Shown here one piece after another: positions 11,434 to 21,443 of a stretch of DNA of 64,000 nucleotides. The DNA is taken from NCBI GenBank assembly GCA_963803435.1, contig CAWDML010000009.1, forward strand, positions 608,001 through 672,000. Direction: 5' to 3'. Below the pieces are notes generated by a model. It was not told where the DNA came from and did not search any database. It was given only the letters and a program-made list of their open reading frames with translations. Every line of letters starts with the position of its first letter. Position 1 is the stretch's first letter. This stretch comes from an uncultured delta proteobacterium. GTDB taxonomy: Bacteria; Myxococcota; Kuafuiibacteriia; Kuafuiibacteriales; Kuafuiibacteriaceae. A program made the position numbers and the translations under genes.

Positions 11434-13535
11434 CAGTTCGGCTCGTCGACTCCCAGCTCCTTGGCCTTTTCGACCAGGCTCTCGAGCTTCTTCTTCGTCT
11501 CACCGTCGGCGCCGGCCATCATCTTGCCGAGGAAGTTCGACACCGTGTCGCCGTTCGCCAGGTACTTTCCGAAGAGGTGCTGGACGTGGTTGCTGTTGTC
11601 GACCACGCCGTCGACCGCCTGGCCCACCGAGACCGCGTTGATGAACCGGTCGAAGAACTGTCCGTCGCCGCCGACGATGTTGATGTTCGCCTCCTCCAAG
11701 GCCTCGCACATGATCTTCGCGCGCTGCTCGGCGATCGCCTTGCGGGCCTCGATCTCGGCCAGCGCCACCTGACGGTCCATGTCGAGCCGCAGCCGGAACT
11801 CCTCGTGGCCGCGGCTGGCCTCGTCGAGCAGCTTCATCGCGGCGGCCTTCTCGCGGATCGCCAGGGCCTCCGCCACGCCTTCCTTCTCCCGGACCTCGGC
11901 GCCTCGGCCTCGCCGATCCGCGCGCCGACCAGGCCCTGCTCCTCGCGCCCTTGGCCTCGGCCAGCAGCTTCTCGCGGACGATCGAGGCCTCGGCGACGCC
12001 GCGCTTCTCGATCGCGTGGGCCTCGGCCTCCTGGACGCTGACCCTCGCCAGGCCCTTCTCCTGCTCACCGGCGGCCTCCGCCTCCAGCTGTCCGCGCGTG
12101 ACGCGGGCCTTGGCGTTGCCCTCCTTCTCGATCGCGACCGCGTCGGCCTCCTTGACGCGGACCTCGGCCAGGCCCTCGGCGGCAGCCTCGGCCTGGGTGC
12201 CCTCGGCCAGCCGGATCTTGGCCTTGGCGTGCTTGTCGGCGGCCTCGAGCTCGGCGTCGGCCAGCGTGAGCTTCTCCTTGGCCTTGAACTTGGCCGCCTC
12301 TTCGCTGGCCTCGGCGGCGCGCACGGTCTTCACCAGCCTTCCTGCGCCTCGGCCTCGGCGTGCGATGACCTGGACCTCCTTCTTCCGCTTGGCCTCGGCC
12401 ACCGCGCGGACGTCCTTGATCCGCTCCTCCTCCTCGGCGACCGTCTTGTCGACCGCGATGCGCGCGCGGATGACGTCCGCGATCTCCTTCTTCTCGATCT
12501 CGAGCTCCTTCTCCTTGGCGATCCGCTTGACAGCTCGGTCTCGCGCTCGCGGATGATCTGCCTCCAGGGCCTGGTCCTTCTCGACGCGCTCGTTCTCGAC
12601 GGCACCACGCGCTCCTGGTTCTTCTTCGCGACCTCGATCTGGCGGTTCTTCGCCTCTTCGCTGACCTCGACCTCTTCCTCGGCCTTGATTCGCGCGATCT
12701 CGGCCTTCTGGTGCTCCTCGGCCTGGACCTCTGGGTCTCGGCCTCCTCGCGCGCCCTCACGGTCGCGATCTCGCGGGCCTGCTTGGCCGCGGCGTCCGCA
12801 CAGCTGCCGCTCGAGCTCCAGGATCGCCTCCTCGGCCTCGACGTTCTGCTTCTTGATCTGCTTGCGCTCGGTCTGCTTGAGGTCGTTGGTCTGAACGCTC
12901 TGGAGCGTGGTCAGCTCGGTGATCTTGCGGATGCCCTGGGCGTCGAGGATGTTGTGCGGGTCGAGGGACTCCATCGGGGTCTGCTCGAGGAAGTCGATCG
13001 CCGCGTCGTCGAGGACGTAGCCGTTGAGGTCGCGGCCGATCGTCCTGGATGATCTGGTCCTTGAAGCTCGTCCCGCTTGGTGTAGAGCTCCTCGAAGTCG
13101 AGCTGCTTGCCGACGGTCTTGAGGGCCTCGGAGAACTTGGCGCTGGAACAGCTCCTCGAGCGTCCTCTGGTCCGAAGCGCGCGCGCAGCCGACCTGCTGG
13201 GCGACCTTGAGCACGTCCTCGGTGGTCTTGTTCACCCGCACGAAGAACGTGACCTTGATGTCCGCCCGGATGTTGTCCTTGCAGATCAGGCCTTCCTTGC
13301 CGCGCCGATCGATCTCGATGGTCTTGACCGAGATGTCCATGACCTCGGCCCGATGGATCACCGGGAGCACCAGGCCGCCGGTGAAGGTCACGATCGGATC
13401 CTTGCTCATCTTGTTGACGATCAGGGCCTTGCCTTGATCGACCTTTCGATAGAACTTGGCCACCATCGCGGCGAACCCGGCGATGATGATCGCCAGGACC
13501 ACGACTACGACTGCAGCGACTATCAGGTTTTGCAT
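11433..13535 (-). CDS. Flotillin/SPFH-domain protein (YqiK-like); frameshifted
   Basis: N-terminal TM helix, FYRKVDQGKALIV, GLICKDNIRADIKVTFFVRVN, long AE/KE coiled coil, C-terminal NIVGGDGQFFDRF; GAGGT RBS before ATG 13535. Confidence 0.85.
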
Positions 13536-13548
13536 CGTTACCTCGACC

Positions 13549-14334
13549 TCACTTGGTTTGGCCTTGCCGTTGGGCATGGCCGGCCCGCTTCTTGGCGAGC
13601 TCGTTCTTTTCAGCGGAGCGAAGGGGCTCCACCCGGAAGGCATCGCGTTCGGCGTCCCACCCGATGATCAGCGCCTCGTCCCCCCGGTTCAGCTCGGAGG
13701 GACGATCGGAGCGGACCTGGATCTTGTGCTCGGTGCCGCCGTCTCGCGCGATCGCCTGGCCGAACTTGGCGTCGACGGATCCCGTATCGATGATGCAGGT
13801 GCGTCCGATCAGGTCGCGGTTGCGCTCGGCCTCGTGGGTGATGAACAGCGGTCCTAGAGGTCGAGCGACCACGTTGGCGGTGGGGAGCGCGGCCACCATC
13901 GAGATCAGCAGGACCCCGATGCCGGTGAGCCACGCGGGGAGAACGACGTCGAGCGCCGGCGCCAGGTAGGCCATCGCGAAGTAGCTGAGCACCCATCCGG
14001 AGAGCGCGAACAGGCTGAGGATGACGGTGACGGGCGCGGGACGCTTGCCGAGGAGCCCGTAGAACGTGAGGAGGCCCTCGCCGGCGTCGTGCACCTCGTG
14101 GATCTCGTGTGCGCCCTCTGCGGCGCCCTCCGCGGCGCCCTCTGCGGCCCCTTCCGCCGCGCCTTCCATCGTACCCTCGGCGCCGCCCTCGGCGGCGCCT
14201 TCCAGGCTGTCGAACATGTGGATGTCGAGCGCGCCGATGATCACGAACATCCAGTAGATGAGCACCACGCCGAGCATCACGGTGAAGACCACGGTGGGGA
14301 ACGATGTGATCGATTCGACCAGTGTCATCATCAT
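13549..14334 (-). CDS. YqiJ/DUF1449-like inner membrane protein with C-terminal NfeD-like OB fold
   Basis: FPTVVFTVMLGVVLIYW, three TM helices, DLIGRTCIIDTGSVDAKFGQA; directly upstream of the flotillin gene. Confidence 0.8.
   Translation of the reverse strand: MMMTLVESITSFPTVVFTVMLGVVLIYWMFVIIGALDIHMFDSLEGAAEGGAEGTMEGAAEGAAEGAAEGAAEGAHEIHEVHDAGEGLLTFYGLLGKRPAPVTVILSLFALSGWVLSYFAMAYLAPALDVVLPAWLTGIGVLLISMVAALPTANVVARPLGPLFITHEAERNRDLIGRTCIIDTGSVDAKFGQAIARDGGTEHKIQVRSDRPSELNRGDEALIIGWDAERDAFRVEPLRSAEKNELAKKRAGHAQRQGQTK
14111..14201 (-). repeat. In-frame 12-bp tandem repeat encoding (EGAA)n
   Basis: Protein reads EGAAEGGAEGTMEGAAEGAAEGAAEGAAEGAHE; boundaries approximate. Confidence 0.7.
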
Positions 14335-14465
14335 TCCACCCGACCGGGACCGGGCTCTGAGAAGCTATGAAAGCACGTGAGGCCGCCGGTCCAGAGCGAC
14401 GGGTCTACTACCGACCGGAGGTTGCCGCAACGTGAGGAGCGCTTATCATCCCGGAGCCGCCCCTG

Positions 14466-17063
14466 ATGCGCAGCTTGTACTTCGTCGAACATCAGACCCA
14501 TCAGGCGACCGTTGTCGAAGTGGTCGTCCGGCTCATCGGTTTCGCGCCCACGCGGTTCATCACGGCTGAAGGTGCGACCCGCGCCGTCGAAGGCGGATTC
14601 CCGGATCTCTTGCTGACGGATCTCGTCCTGCCGGGTCGCGACGGCCTCTCGTTGATCCGAGCCACCAAGGCCCGCGCCCCGGCGACCTTCTGTATCCTCC
14701 TCTCCTCCGTCCCTCCTGGGCTGTCGCCCTCCGCACCGGCGCGCTACGGCCTCGACGCCGTGATCGTGCGGCGTGGCGCGTGGGCCTCGCAGCTCGCCGA
14801 GCACGGAGGCCCCGACGCGGGCGCCCGCCGCTTGCTCGCGCTGATCGATCGAGGCTCGGCGGCGTTCGAGGCGCTGTCGGACGAGCTGAGCTCGGACCGG
14901 CTCACCGCGATGCAGCGCGTGCTCGTCCTCCGCTACCTGGCGGCCGCGTTCGATCCCGATCGGGTGCTCGCCGTCCTGGAACGATCGATCCGCAAAGAAG
15001 GCATCCACTCGGTCGCGCTCGAGCTGGCGATCGGCCTCGGCGCCGCCGGCTTCGGCGTGGTGGGCGAGATGGCGACCGCGCCCGACGCCGGCGCCGAGAC
15101 GCGCGGGCGCGCGATGCGGCATCTCGCGCGCTGCTTTCCACACGACGTCGTGATGCCGCTTCTGCAATCCAACCTGCACGATCCTGCACCCTTGATCCGA
15201 CTCGACGCCGCCCAGGCGGCGTTCGACAGCGCGGTGCGTGTAGGCGAAGGAGGACTGGTGACGCTGCAGGAGATAGCCGAAGCGCGCGACTTGCCCGACG
15301 CGCTCCGGATCGCAGCGCTCGAGCACGTGGCCCGCGATCTGCCGCGCCCGGCCGTGAAGCCCGTGCTTTGTCGTGCGCTGGCGAGCGAGCGGCCCGCCCT
15401 GGTGCAGGCGGCCTCGACGCTCGCGATGCGGAGCGACGGCGTGGATGTGGAGTCGCTCGCCGGCCAGGCGGAGTCGGGACCGCTCAAATCTCGCCTCCGG
15501 GCGCTCGAGACCCTCGCGGCCGACTTTCCCAAGGACGCGGTGGTCCCGATCCTCGAGCGCTTCCAGAGCGCCTCCAATCCGGCGCTCCGCCGCTCGGCGT
15601 TCGAGCTCACGCTGGGCCGCGCCGACACCGGCTTCGAGGCGACCGTCCAGCGCGCCGCCGCCGAGGAGCGCGGGATGCTCGAGGCCTGCCTCCTGGGTGC
15701 GCTCCGGCTGGGACCCGCAGGCTTCGCGGCGGTCCGTCGGATCGCCGAGGAGGAGACGGCCGACCCGGAGGTCCGCGCGATGGCGGTCCGCATGCTCGGG
15801 GTCCGGTTCGACGCGGCGCGCGCAGCGGCGGCGCTGGAGGGGCTGGCAGCCTCGCCGGAGTTCGAGGTGGCGTCGGCGGCGCTCCTCGCCGCGATCCATT
15901 TGGGCGCCCCCGGCTTCGCGGTGCTGCGAGCAGCGCAGAGCTCGGCACCCATCCCGGCGATCCGCGAGCTGGCGCTGATCCACCTCGAGGAGTACGCGCC
16001 CGACCCAGTGTTCAAGCCCGCGCTGCAGCGCGCCCTGCGGGATCAGGATCCAGCAGTGTGCGCGCGCGCGGTCGAGCTCTGGATGCGCCGGCTCGGCGGC
16101 GAGTTCGCGCCGCTGCTGGCGCGCCTGGCCCGATCCGGACGTCCCGAGCTCCAGCAAGCCGCGCTCGACGGTGCGCTCGCGCTGGGTGAGGGCGGCTTCA
16201 CCGCGATCGCGGCGCTGGCCGGGACGCTCGAGATCGATCGCGCCGTGCGAAAGCGCGCCCGCGCGGTGCTGGCCGCCCGGTTTCCGCCCGAGGACACCCG
16301 AGAGATCTTGGAGGCGCTCTCGAAGCCCACCGAACCGGCCATGCCCGCAGCGGCCACGCCGGACACCGGTCCGACCCGCCCGTCGCCCCCCGCCAACGCC
16401 CGCGCGTCGCGCGAGCGTGCCCTCCTGGCGCTGGAAGCCGCCGTGCGACGCGGGCGCGCCGGCTACCGAGCGATCCGAGCGCTGGCCGCGTCCACCCGGA
16501 TCGCCGAGGAGGTCCGGATCCTGGCGATCCGAAGGCTCGCCGGCGACTTCGCGGGCGAAGAGGTCGTGCCCGTGCTCGAGCAGGCGATCGCCGATCCGTC
16601 GGACGGCGTGCGGAGCGCAGGCCTCGGCTGTCTCGTGCTCCGGAAGGACGCGCGCCTCCCTCCGCTCGCCGTCCTCGCGCGCGATCGCTCCGCCGAGCCT
16701 TCGCTCCGGATCCGGGCCCTCCGCTTCCTGGCGTCACGCTTCCCGAAGGAGGAGGTGCGTCCGATCCTCGAGCCGCTCCTCGAAGAGGGGGATCACGAGG
16801 TGCGGCGTGCTGCACTCGACTCTCTGTTCACGTCGCTCCGCTTCGTCCCTCCGGACCGTGTCGAGGAGCACCTGATCAACCTCCTGACCGAGCACGAGAG
16901 CGAGGAGGTGAAGATCGCCGCCGCGCGGGCGCTGGGCGTCTTCGGTGGCGCGCGCGCGCTTCGAGCGCTGGCCCGCTACTCGGGTGCGTTCGCCGGCCCT
17001 GCGGTGAAGGAGGCGGCCCAGCAGGCCTCGCTCCGCCTGCGTGGATACCGCGACGCGCTCTGA
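14466..17063 (+). CDS. Receiver-like domain fused to a long HEAT-repeat solenoid
   Basis: PDLLLTDLVLPGRDGLSLIR receiver motif; recurring LG.xGF...VR..A...L...F helical repeats. Confidence 0.75.
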   Translation: MRSLYFVEHQTHQATVVEVVVRLIGFAPTRFITAEGATRAVEGGFPDLLLTDLVLPGRDGLSLIRATKARAPATFCILLSSVPPGLSPSAPARYGLDAVIVRRGAWASQLAEHGGPDAGARRLLALIDRGSAAFEALSDELSSDRLTAMQRVLVLRYLAAAFDPDRVLAVLERSIRKEGIHSVALELAIGLGAAGFGVVGEMATAPDAGAETRGRAMRHLARCFPHDVVMPLLQSNLHDPAPLIRLDAAQAAFDSAVRVGEGGLVTLQEIAEARDLPDALRIAALEHVARDLPRPAVKPVLCRALASERPALVQAASTLAMRSDGVDVESLAGQAESGPLKSRLRALETLAADFPKDAVVPILERFQSASNPALRRSAFELTLGRADTGFEATVQRAAAEERGMLEACLLGALRLGPAGFAAVRRIAEEETADPEVRAMAVRMLGVRFDAARAAAALEGLAASPEFEVASAALLAAIHLGAPGFAVLRAAQSSAPIPAIRELALIHLEEYAPDPVFKPALQRALRDQDPAVCARAVELWMRRLGGEFAPLLARLARSGRPELQQAALDGALALGEGGFTAIAALAGTLEIDRAVRKRARAVLAARFPPEDTREILEALSKPTEPAMPAAATPDTGPTRPSPPANARASRERALLALEAAVRRGRAGYRAIRALAASTRIAEEVRILAIRRLAGDFAGEEVVPVLEQAIADPSDGVRSAGLGCLVLRKDARLPPLAVLARDRSAEPSLRIRALRFLASRFPKEEVRPILEPLLEEGDHEVRRAALDSLFTSLRFVPPDRVEEHLINLLTEHESEEVKIAAARALGVFGGARALRALARYSGAFAGPAVKEAAQQASLRLRGYRDAL

Positions 17064-17065
17064 CT

Positions 17066-18004
17066 TCAGGATGCTGCGGCAGGCGAGGGCAGCGACGCAT
17101 CCGCGCTGATGTCCGGCTCCACGAACACCCACCGGATCTCCGGCATGCGTGTCTTGAGCTCGCTCTCGAACGCGTTGATCGCGGTGCAGAGCTCGTGCGC
17201 CGACAGGCCCTCGCGCGGGAGGATCTTGATCGACACCATCACCTCCCCGGGGCCCTGCTGGATCGTGAACATCGTGATCAACTCCCCGAGCTCGGTCCGC
17301 TGCGCCAGGACCTCGCGCACGGCGGCGTCGATCTCCGGATCGGCCGACTCCCCCACGAGGAGCGACTGGACCTCGACCGCGAGGAAGATCGCGACCGCCA
17401 CCAGAACGATTCCGATGGCGAGGCTCCCCACTGCGTCCCAGCGCGCGTCACCGGTGTAGTGCGCCATCCCGATCGAGGCGAGGGCGAACGTCAGCCCGAC
17501 CGTCGCCGCGGAGTTCTCGCCCATCACCACCACGAAGTCCGAGTCCTTGGTCTGGCGCAGGTAACGAAAGAACGGCGTGCTCCCGCGACGCTTGTTGGCC
17601 TCGCGAATGTTGGAGAGGGTCGCGTAGCCCTCGAGCGCCATCGAGAAGAGCAGGATCCCGACCGCCACCAGGATGTTGTCGATCGGCTCCGGCTTCAGGA
17701 TCTTGTGGACGCCCTCGTAGATGGAGAAGACGCCGCCGCCGGTGAAGAGGAGCAGCGCCACCATGAAGGACCAGAAGTAGAGCGCGCGCCCGTACCCCAG
17801 CGGGTGCGAGGGATCCGGCGGCGCCTTGGCGCGCCGGACGCCGAGGAGGAGCAGGATCTGATTCCCGCAGTCGGCGCTGGAGTGGATCGTCTCTGCGAGC
17901 ATTGCGCCCGAACCGGTGAGGACCGCCGCGACACCCTTGGCGGCGGCGATCGCGACGTTGACCGCTAGGGATTCGAAGATGTGTTTGGTCGAGTCCTCCG
18001 ACAC
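17066..18004 (-). CDS. Cation diffusion facilitator (CDF) transporter
   Basis: MLAETIHSSADCGNQ, HPLGYGRALYFW, six TM helices, C-terminal VFVEPD; GTG start at 18004 preferred over the ORF-track start. Confidence 0.9.
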   Translation of the reverse strand: MSEDSTKHIFESLAVNVAIAAAKGVAAVLTGSGAMLAETIHSSADCGNQILLLLGVRRAKAPPDPSHPLGYGRALYFWSFMVALLLFTGGGVFSIYEGVHKILKPEPIDNILVAVGILLFSMALEGYATLSNIREANKRRGSTPFFRYLRQTKDSDFVVVMGENSAATVGLTFALASIGMAHYTGDARWDAVGSLAIGIVLVAVAIFLAVEVQSLLVGESADPEIDAAVREVLAQRTELGELITMFTIQQGPGEVMVSIKILPREGLSAHELCTAINAFESELKTRMPEIRWVFVEPDISADASLPSPAAAS

Positions 18005-18061
18005 GCCGCGCAGTCTGTACCACGAGTGGACGGAGCCTTCGACCCGTGAGATCACGGATCC

Positions 18062-18553
18062 ATGCGACGCCTGCTTGCCGCGCTCCTCGCCGTCTTTCTG
18101 CTCACGGCGACGCCGCAGACCGCCCGCGCCGAGACCGACAGCGTCGCCGTCGCGGTCGGCTTCTTCTTCCTGTTCGTCCTGGATACGGCGGCGAGCGTCG
18201 GCGGCACGGTCACCGGTATCGGCAGCCTGGTTCAGCTCAACCGCGATCCGCCCGGGCTCGGCTGGTCGATCGCCTCGATCGTCGTCGGCGTCCTCGACGG
18301 CCTGGTCGGGGCGATCACGCTGGCGGCGCTGGTGGGCACGGACGCGTTCGACGGTGCGCCCGGGTTCTGGGTCTTCGCGGGCGTCCCGCTCTTTCTCACG
18401 GCCACGAACCTCACGCTCGGCATCATCAACTTCTCTCGCTGGGGAAGCGCGCGGCGACGACCGCCGGATCCGGAGGAGGACAGCGAAGACGCACCGGAGG
18501 ACGAGTGGAGCCGGGGACTGGCGCCCGGCGTGACGCTGTCGTTCAGCTTCTGA
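18062..18553 (+). CDS. Hypothetical exported/membrane protein
   Basis: Signal peptide ending ARA, three hydrophobic helices, C-terminal LSFSF. Confidence 0.65.
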   Translation: MRRLLAALLAVFLLTATPQTARAETDSVAVAVGFFFLFVLDTAASVGGTVTGIGSLVQLNRDPPGLGWSIASIVVGVLDGLVGAITLAALVGTDAFDGAPGFWVFAGVPLFLTATNLTLGIINFSRWGSARRRPPDPEEDSEDAPEDEWSRGLAPGVTLSFSF

Positions 18554-18559
18554 TCGGTC

Positions 18560-20908
18560 TCAGGGGGTCAGCGAGAGCTCGTACGTGTTCCCCTGGACGG
18601 TTCCCAGGTCCTGATACAGGTAGACGTGCAGCGTGAACACGCCGCTCACGTTCGCGGTCCCGGCGATGTTCTCGTTGTTCGTCGTGCTCTCAGAGGTCGC
18701 GGCGACGGTCCCGTCGGGCCCCAAGAGCTCGATGTCGATGTCGCCCTCGGCGTGGGTGAACAGGACGTCCATGTTGATCGAGTCGCCGCTGGTCAGCGGG
18801 ATCGCGTAGTAGTCGTCGTCCCCGCAGGCGCCCAGGTTCGGGTAGCTTCCGAGGGACATCGTGGGCGCCGTGGTGGGCGTATCGTTCGGCTCGAAGGTGT
18901 CCACCGGGCACCCGACCGGGTTCGACCCGGAGACGGACACGTTCAGGGAGTAGGTATTGCCGAGCGTCGAGCCCGCGTCGGCGTAGAGCAACACGTGCAG
19001 GTAGTACGTGCCTGCGGTGACCACGGTGAACGAGACGTTCTCGCTGTTGTTCGAGGTGGAGCTCGAGTCCAGCACGGTCCCCGAGCCGTCGAGCAGCTCG
19101 AGGTCGATGTCGCCCTCGCCGTTGGTGAAGCTCGCGGTGGCGTCGATCTGGTCGTTCGCCGCCAGCGTAATCTGGTAGTAGTCGTCGTCACCGGTGCAGG
19201 TGTTGAGGTTGGTGTGGTTGCCCGTCGAGATCGTCTTGGCCGTCGCCCGGGTGTCGTTCTCCTCGAAGCTGTCCGCCGGGCACGTCTGCGGCTGCCCCTG
19301 GGTGATGATCACCTGGAGTTGATACGGATTGCCGGGCATCGAGCCCATGTCCTGATAGAGGGTGACGAGGATCTTCAGCAGCCCCCCGTTCTGCTGCGTG
19401 TACGTCACCGATTCGTTGTCCGTGACACTGGCAGAGGTGGCCACCGGGAGCGTGAGCTGGTTCAAGAGCGCCAGGTCGATGTCGCCCTCCGCCTGGCTGA
19501 ACAGCACGTTCACCGTGATGGTCTCGCCGGCGTTGACGTAGATGTTGAAGTAGTCATCGTCGCCGTCGCAGACGTTGAGACCGTTGGTCGAGCCGGCCGA
19601 GACGAGGGGCGCCAGGAACGGTGAGTCGTTGTCCTCGAAGCTGTCGTCGGGGCACGGCGAGGCCTGGGTGTCGATCCGGATCGAGTAAGTGTTGCCGGGC
19701 GTGGGCCCGAGATCCTGGGTCAGGAACACGCGGACCGCGTAGTCGCCGGCGGCGGCCGCCGTGTACTGGATGGTCTCGTTGTTGCCGGTACCGTTCGACA
19801 TCGCGACCACCGAGCCGCCCGCGTTCACGAGCTCGATGTCGATGTTGCCCTCGCCGTTGACGAAGTCGACCGTGATGGTGACGTCGTCGCCGGCGCCGAG
19901 CGTGAAGCGGTGGAAGTCGACGTCGCCGGCGCAGATCGTCAGCTGCGTCTGGAGACCGCCGCCGGCGGAGGCCTGCGCGAACGTATCGTTGGGCTCCAGG
20001 CGATCGGGCATGCACATCCGCGAGCCGAAGCAGTGCCCGGAGGCCTGATCGCAGGTGTCCGGGCTGGTGCAGCCGGTCATCGCGCACCCCGGGTCGCAGC
20101 CGCCCGTGACCAGGTTGCAGATCTCGCTCGGCGTGTTGCACTCGAGATCCGAGAGGCAGATATCACCGACCTGCGTGCAGCGCCCGGTGCTCGGATTGCA
20201 CTGCTGGCCGCCCGGACACTGCACGCCGCCGAACTCGGTGCAGCCCGGGATGCACTGCCCGAACTCGCAGACCTCGGTCGGAGGGTTGCAGTCGGGGTCG
20301 GCCATGCACGGGCCGCGGATCGACACGCAGCGGCCGGTGTTCGTGTCGCAGACCTGGCCGTTCATGCACTCGACGCCGTTGGGCTGGCCGCAGCCGAGCG
20401 TACAGGCGCCGGAGACGCAGATCTGGGTGGGCGGGCTGCACTGGGGGTCCGTGCTGCAGACGCCCGTCATGTTCTGGACGCAGGTGTTGTCGATGCAGGT
20501 CTGGTCCGCGGCGCACTGGGAGGCGTCGAGGCACTGGACGCACTCGGCGTTCGGGATGTCGCAGTGCTGGCCTCCGCTGCACTCCTCGTCGCCCGCGCAC
20601 GCCGGACCGCGATCGATGCAGACGCCGGTCAGCGTGTTGCAGCGCTGGCTCTTGGCGCACATGGAGTCGTCGGTGCAGTCGGTGACCGTCGGGGTGAGGC
20701 AGGTCTGGGTGGCCTGATCGCAGATCTGGCCGAAGTCGCAGTTCTCGTCGGTCGTGCAGTTGCCGAGCACGGCCGGCGTGCAGGCGCCGCTCACGCACGC
20801 CTCGCCGGAGGCGCAGTCTCGGCTCGACGTGCAGGTACCGCCCGCACCGCCGCGACAAGCGCTGAGGAAGAGGAGGGTGAGGGTGGAGAGGCCGAGGGCA
20901 GTCCTCAC
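18560..20908 (-). CDS. Lipoprotein with Cys-rich repeats and four PPC-like beta domains
   Basis: Lipobox FLSAC; repeated C..D..C....C...G.C units; four CPxDxFExND...DDDYY...GDIDLEL repeats; GTG 20908 preferred start. Confidence 0.8.
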   Translation of the reverse strand: MRTALGLSTLTLLFLSACRGGAGGTCTSSRDCASGEACVSGACTPAVLGNCTTDENCDFGQICDQATQTCLTPTVTDCTDDSMCAKSQRCNTLTGVCIDRGPACAGDEECSGGQHCDIPNAECVQCLDASQCAADQTCIDNTCVQNMTGVCSTDPQCSPPTQICVSGACTLGCGQPNGVECMNGQVCDTNTGRCVSIRGPCMADPDCNPPTEVCEFGQCIPGCTEFGGVQCPGGQQCNPSTGRCTQVGDICLSDLECNTPSEICNLVTGGCDPGCAMTGCTSPDTCDQASGHCFGSRMCMPDRLEPNDTFAQASAGGGLQTQLTICAGDVDFHRFTLGAGDDVTITVDFVNGEGNIDIELVNAGGSVVAMSNGTGNNETIQYTAAAAGDYAVRVFLTQDLGPTPGNTYSIRIDTQASPCPDDSFEDNDSPFLAPLVSAGSTNGLNVCDGDDDYFNIYVNAGETITVNVLFSQAEGDIDLALLNQLTLPVATSASVTDNESVTYTQQNGGLLKILVTLYQDMGSMPGNPYQLQVIITQGQPQTCPADSFEENDTRATAKTISTGNHTNLNTCTGDDDYYQITLAANDQIDATASFTNGEGDIDLELLDGSGTVLDSSSTSNNSENVSFTVVTAGTYYLHVLLYADAGSTLGNTYSLNVSVSGSNPVGCPVDTFEPNDTPTTAPTMSLGSYPNLGACGDDDYYAIPLTSGDSINMDVLFTHAEGDIDIELLGPDGTVAATSESTTNNENIAGTANVSGVFTLHVYLYQDLGTVQGNTYELSLTP

Positions 20909-20991
20909 GGGCTGAATTGTGGGGGGGCCGGCCGGAGGCGACCATCGGTTGACCGACGTCACCCGGCGATCCGAGCGGCGGAAAAACCGAG

Positions 20992-21432
20992 CTATTCCTG
21001 GGTGTTCTCATGTGCTACCGCCCTCAACCTCGCCTGGACCTGGGCCATCTCTTCGGGTCCTCGATAGGCGTGGCGCGGCCAAAAGAAGCCCTTCAGCCCG
21101 TCCTTCTTGTTACGGGGGACCACGTGGACGTGCAGGTGCGGGACGCTCTGGGACACGGTGTTGTTGATGGCGACGAACGTGCCGGCGGCCTGCATCCCCT
21201 CCTCTACGATCCGGGCGGTGCGCTGGACCGTGGTGAAGAACGGGTCGAGCATCGCGGCCGGGAGGTCGGTCAGCGTCTCGAAATGGGTGGTCGGCACGAC
21301 CAGACAGTGGCCGGGAAACAGCGGGCGCTTGTCCAGGAAGACGAGCGCGCCCTCGTCGCGGAGGATCGCGTAGGCGTCCAGGTCGCCGCGCACGATCTCA
21401 CAGAAGATACAGCCCGCCATCTCGGCCGGCAC
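20992..21432 (-). CDS. HIT family nucleotide hydrolase
   Basis: CIFCEI, GHCLVVP, QSVPHLHVHVVPR histidine triad. Confidence 0.92.
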   Translation of the reverse strand: MPAEMAGCIFCEIVRGDLDAYAILRDEGALVFLDKRPLFPGHCLVVPTTHFETLTDLPAAMLDPFFTTVQRTARIVEEGMQAAGTFVAINNTVSQSVPHLHVHVVPRNKKDGLKGFFWPRHAYRGPEEMAQVQARLRAVAHENTQE

Positions 21433-21443
21433 GATAGAGCGCG

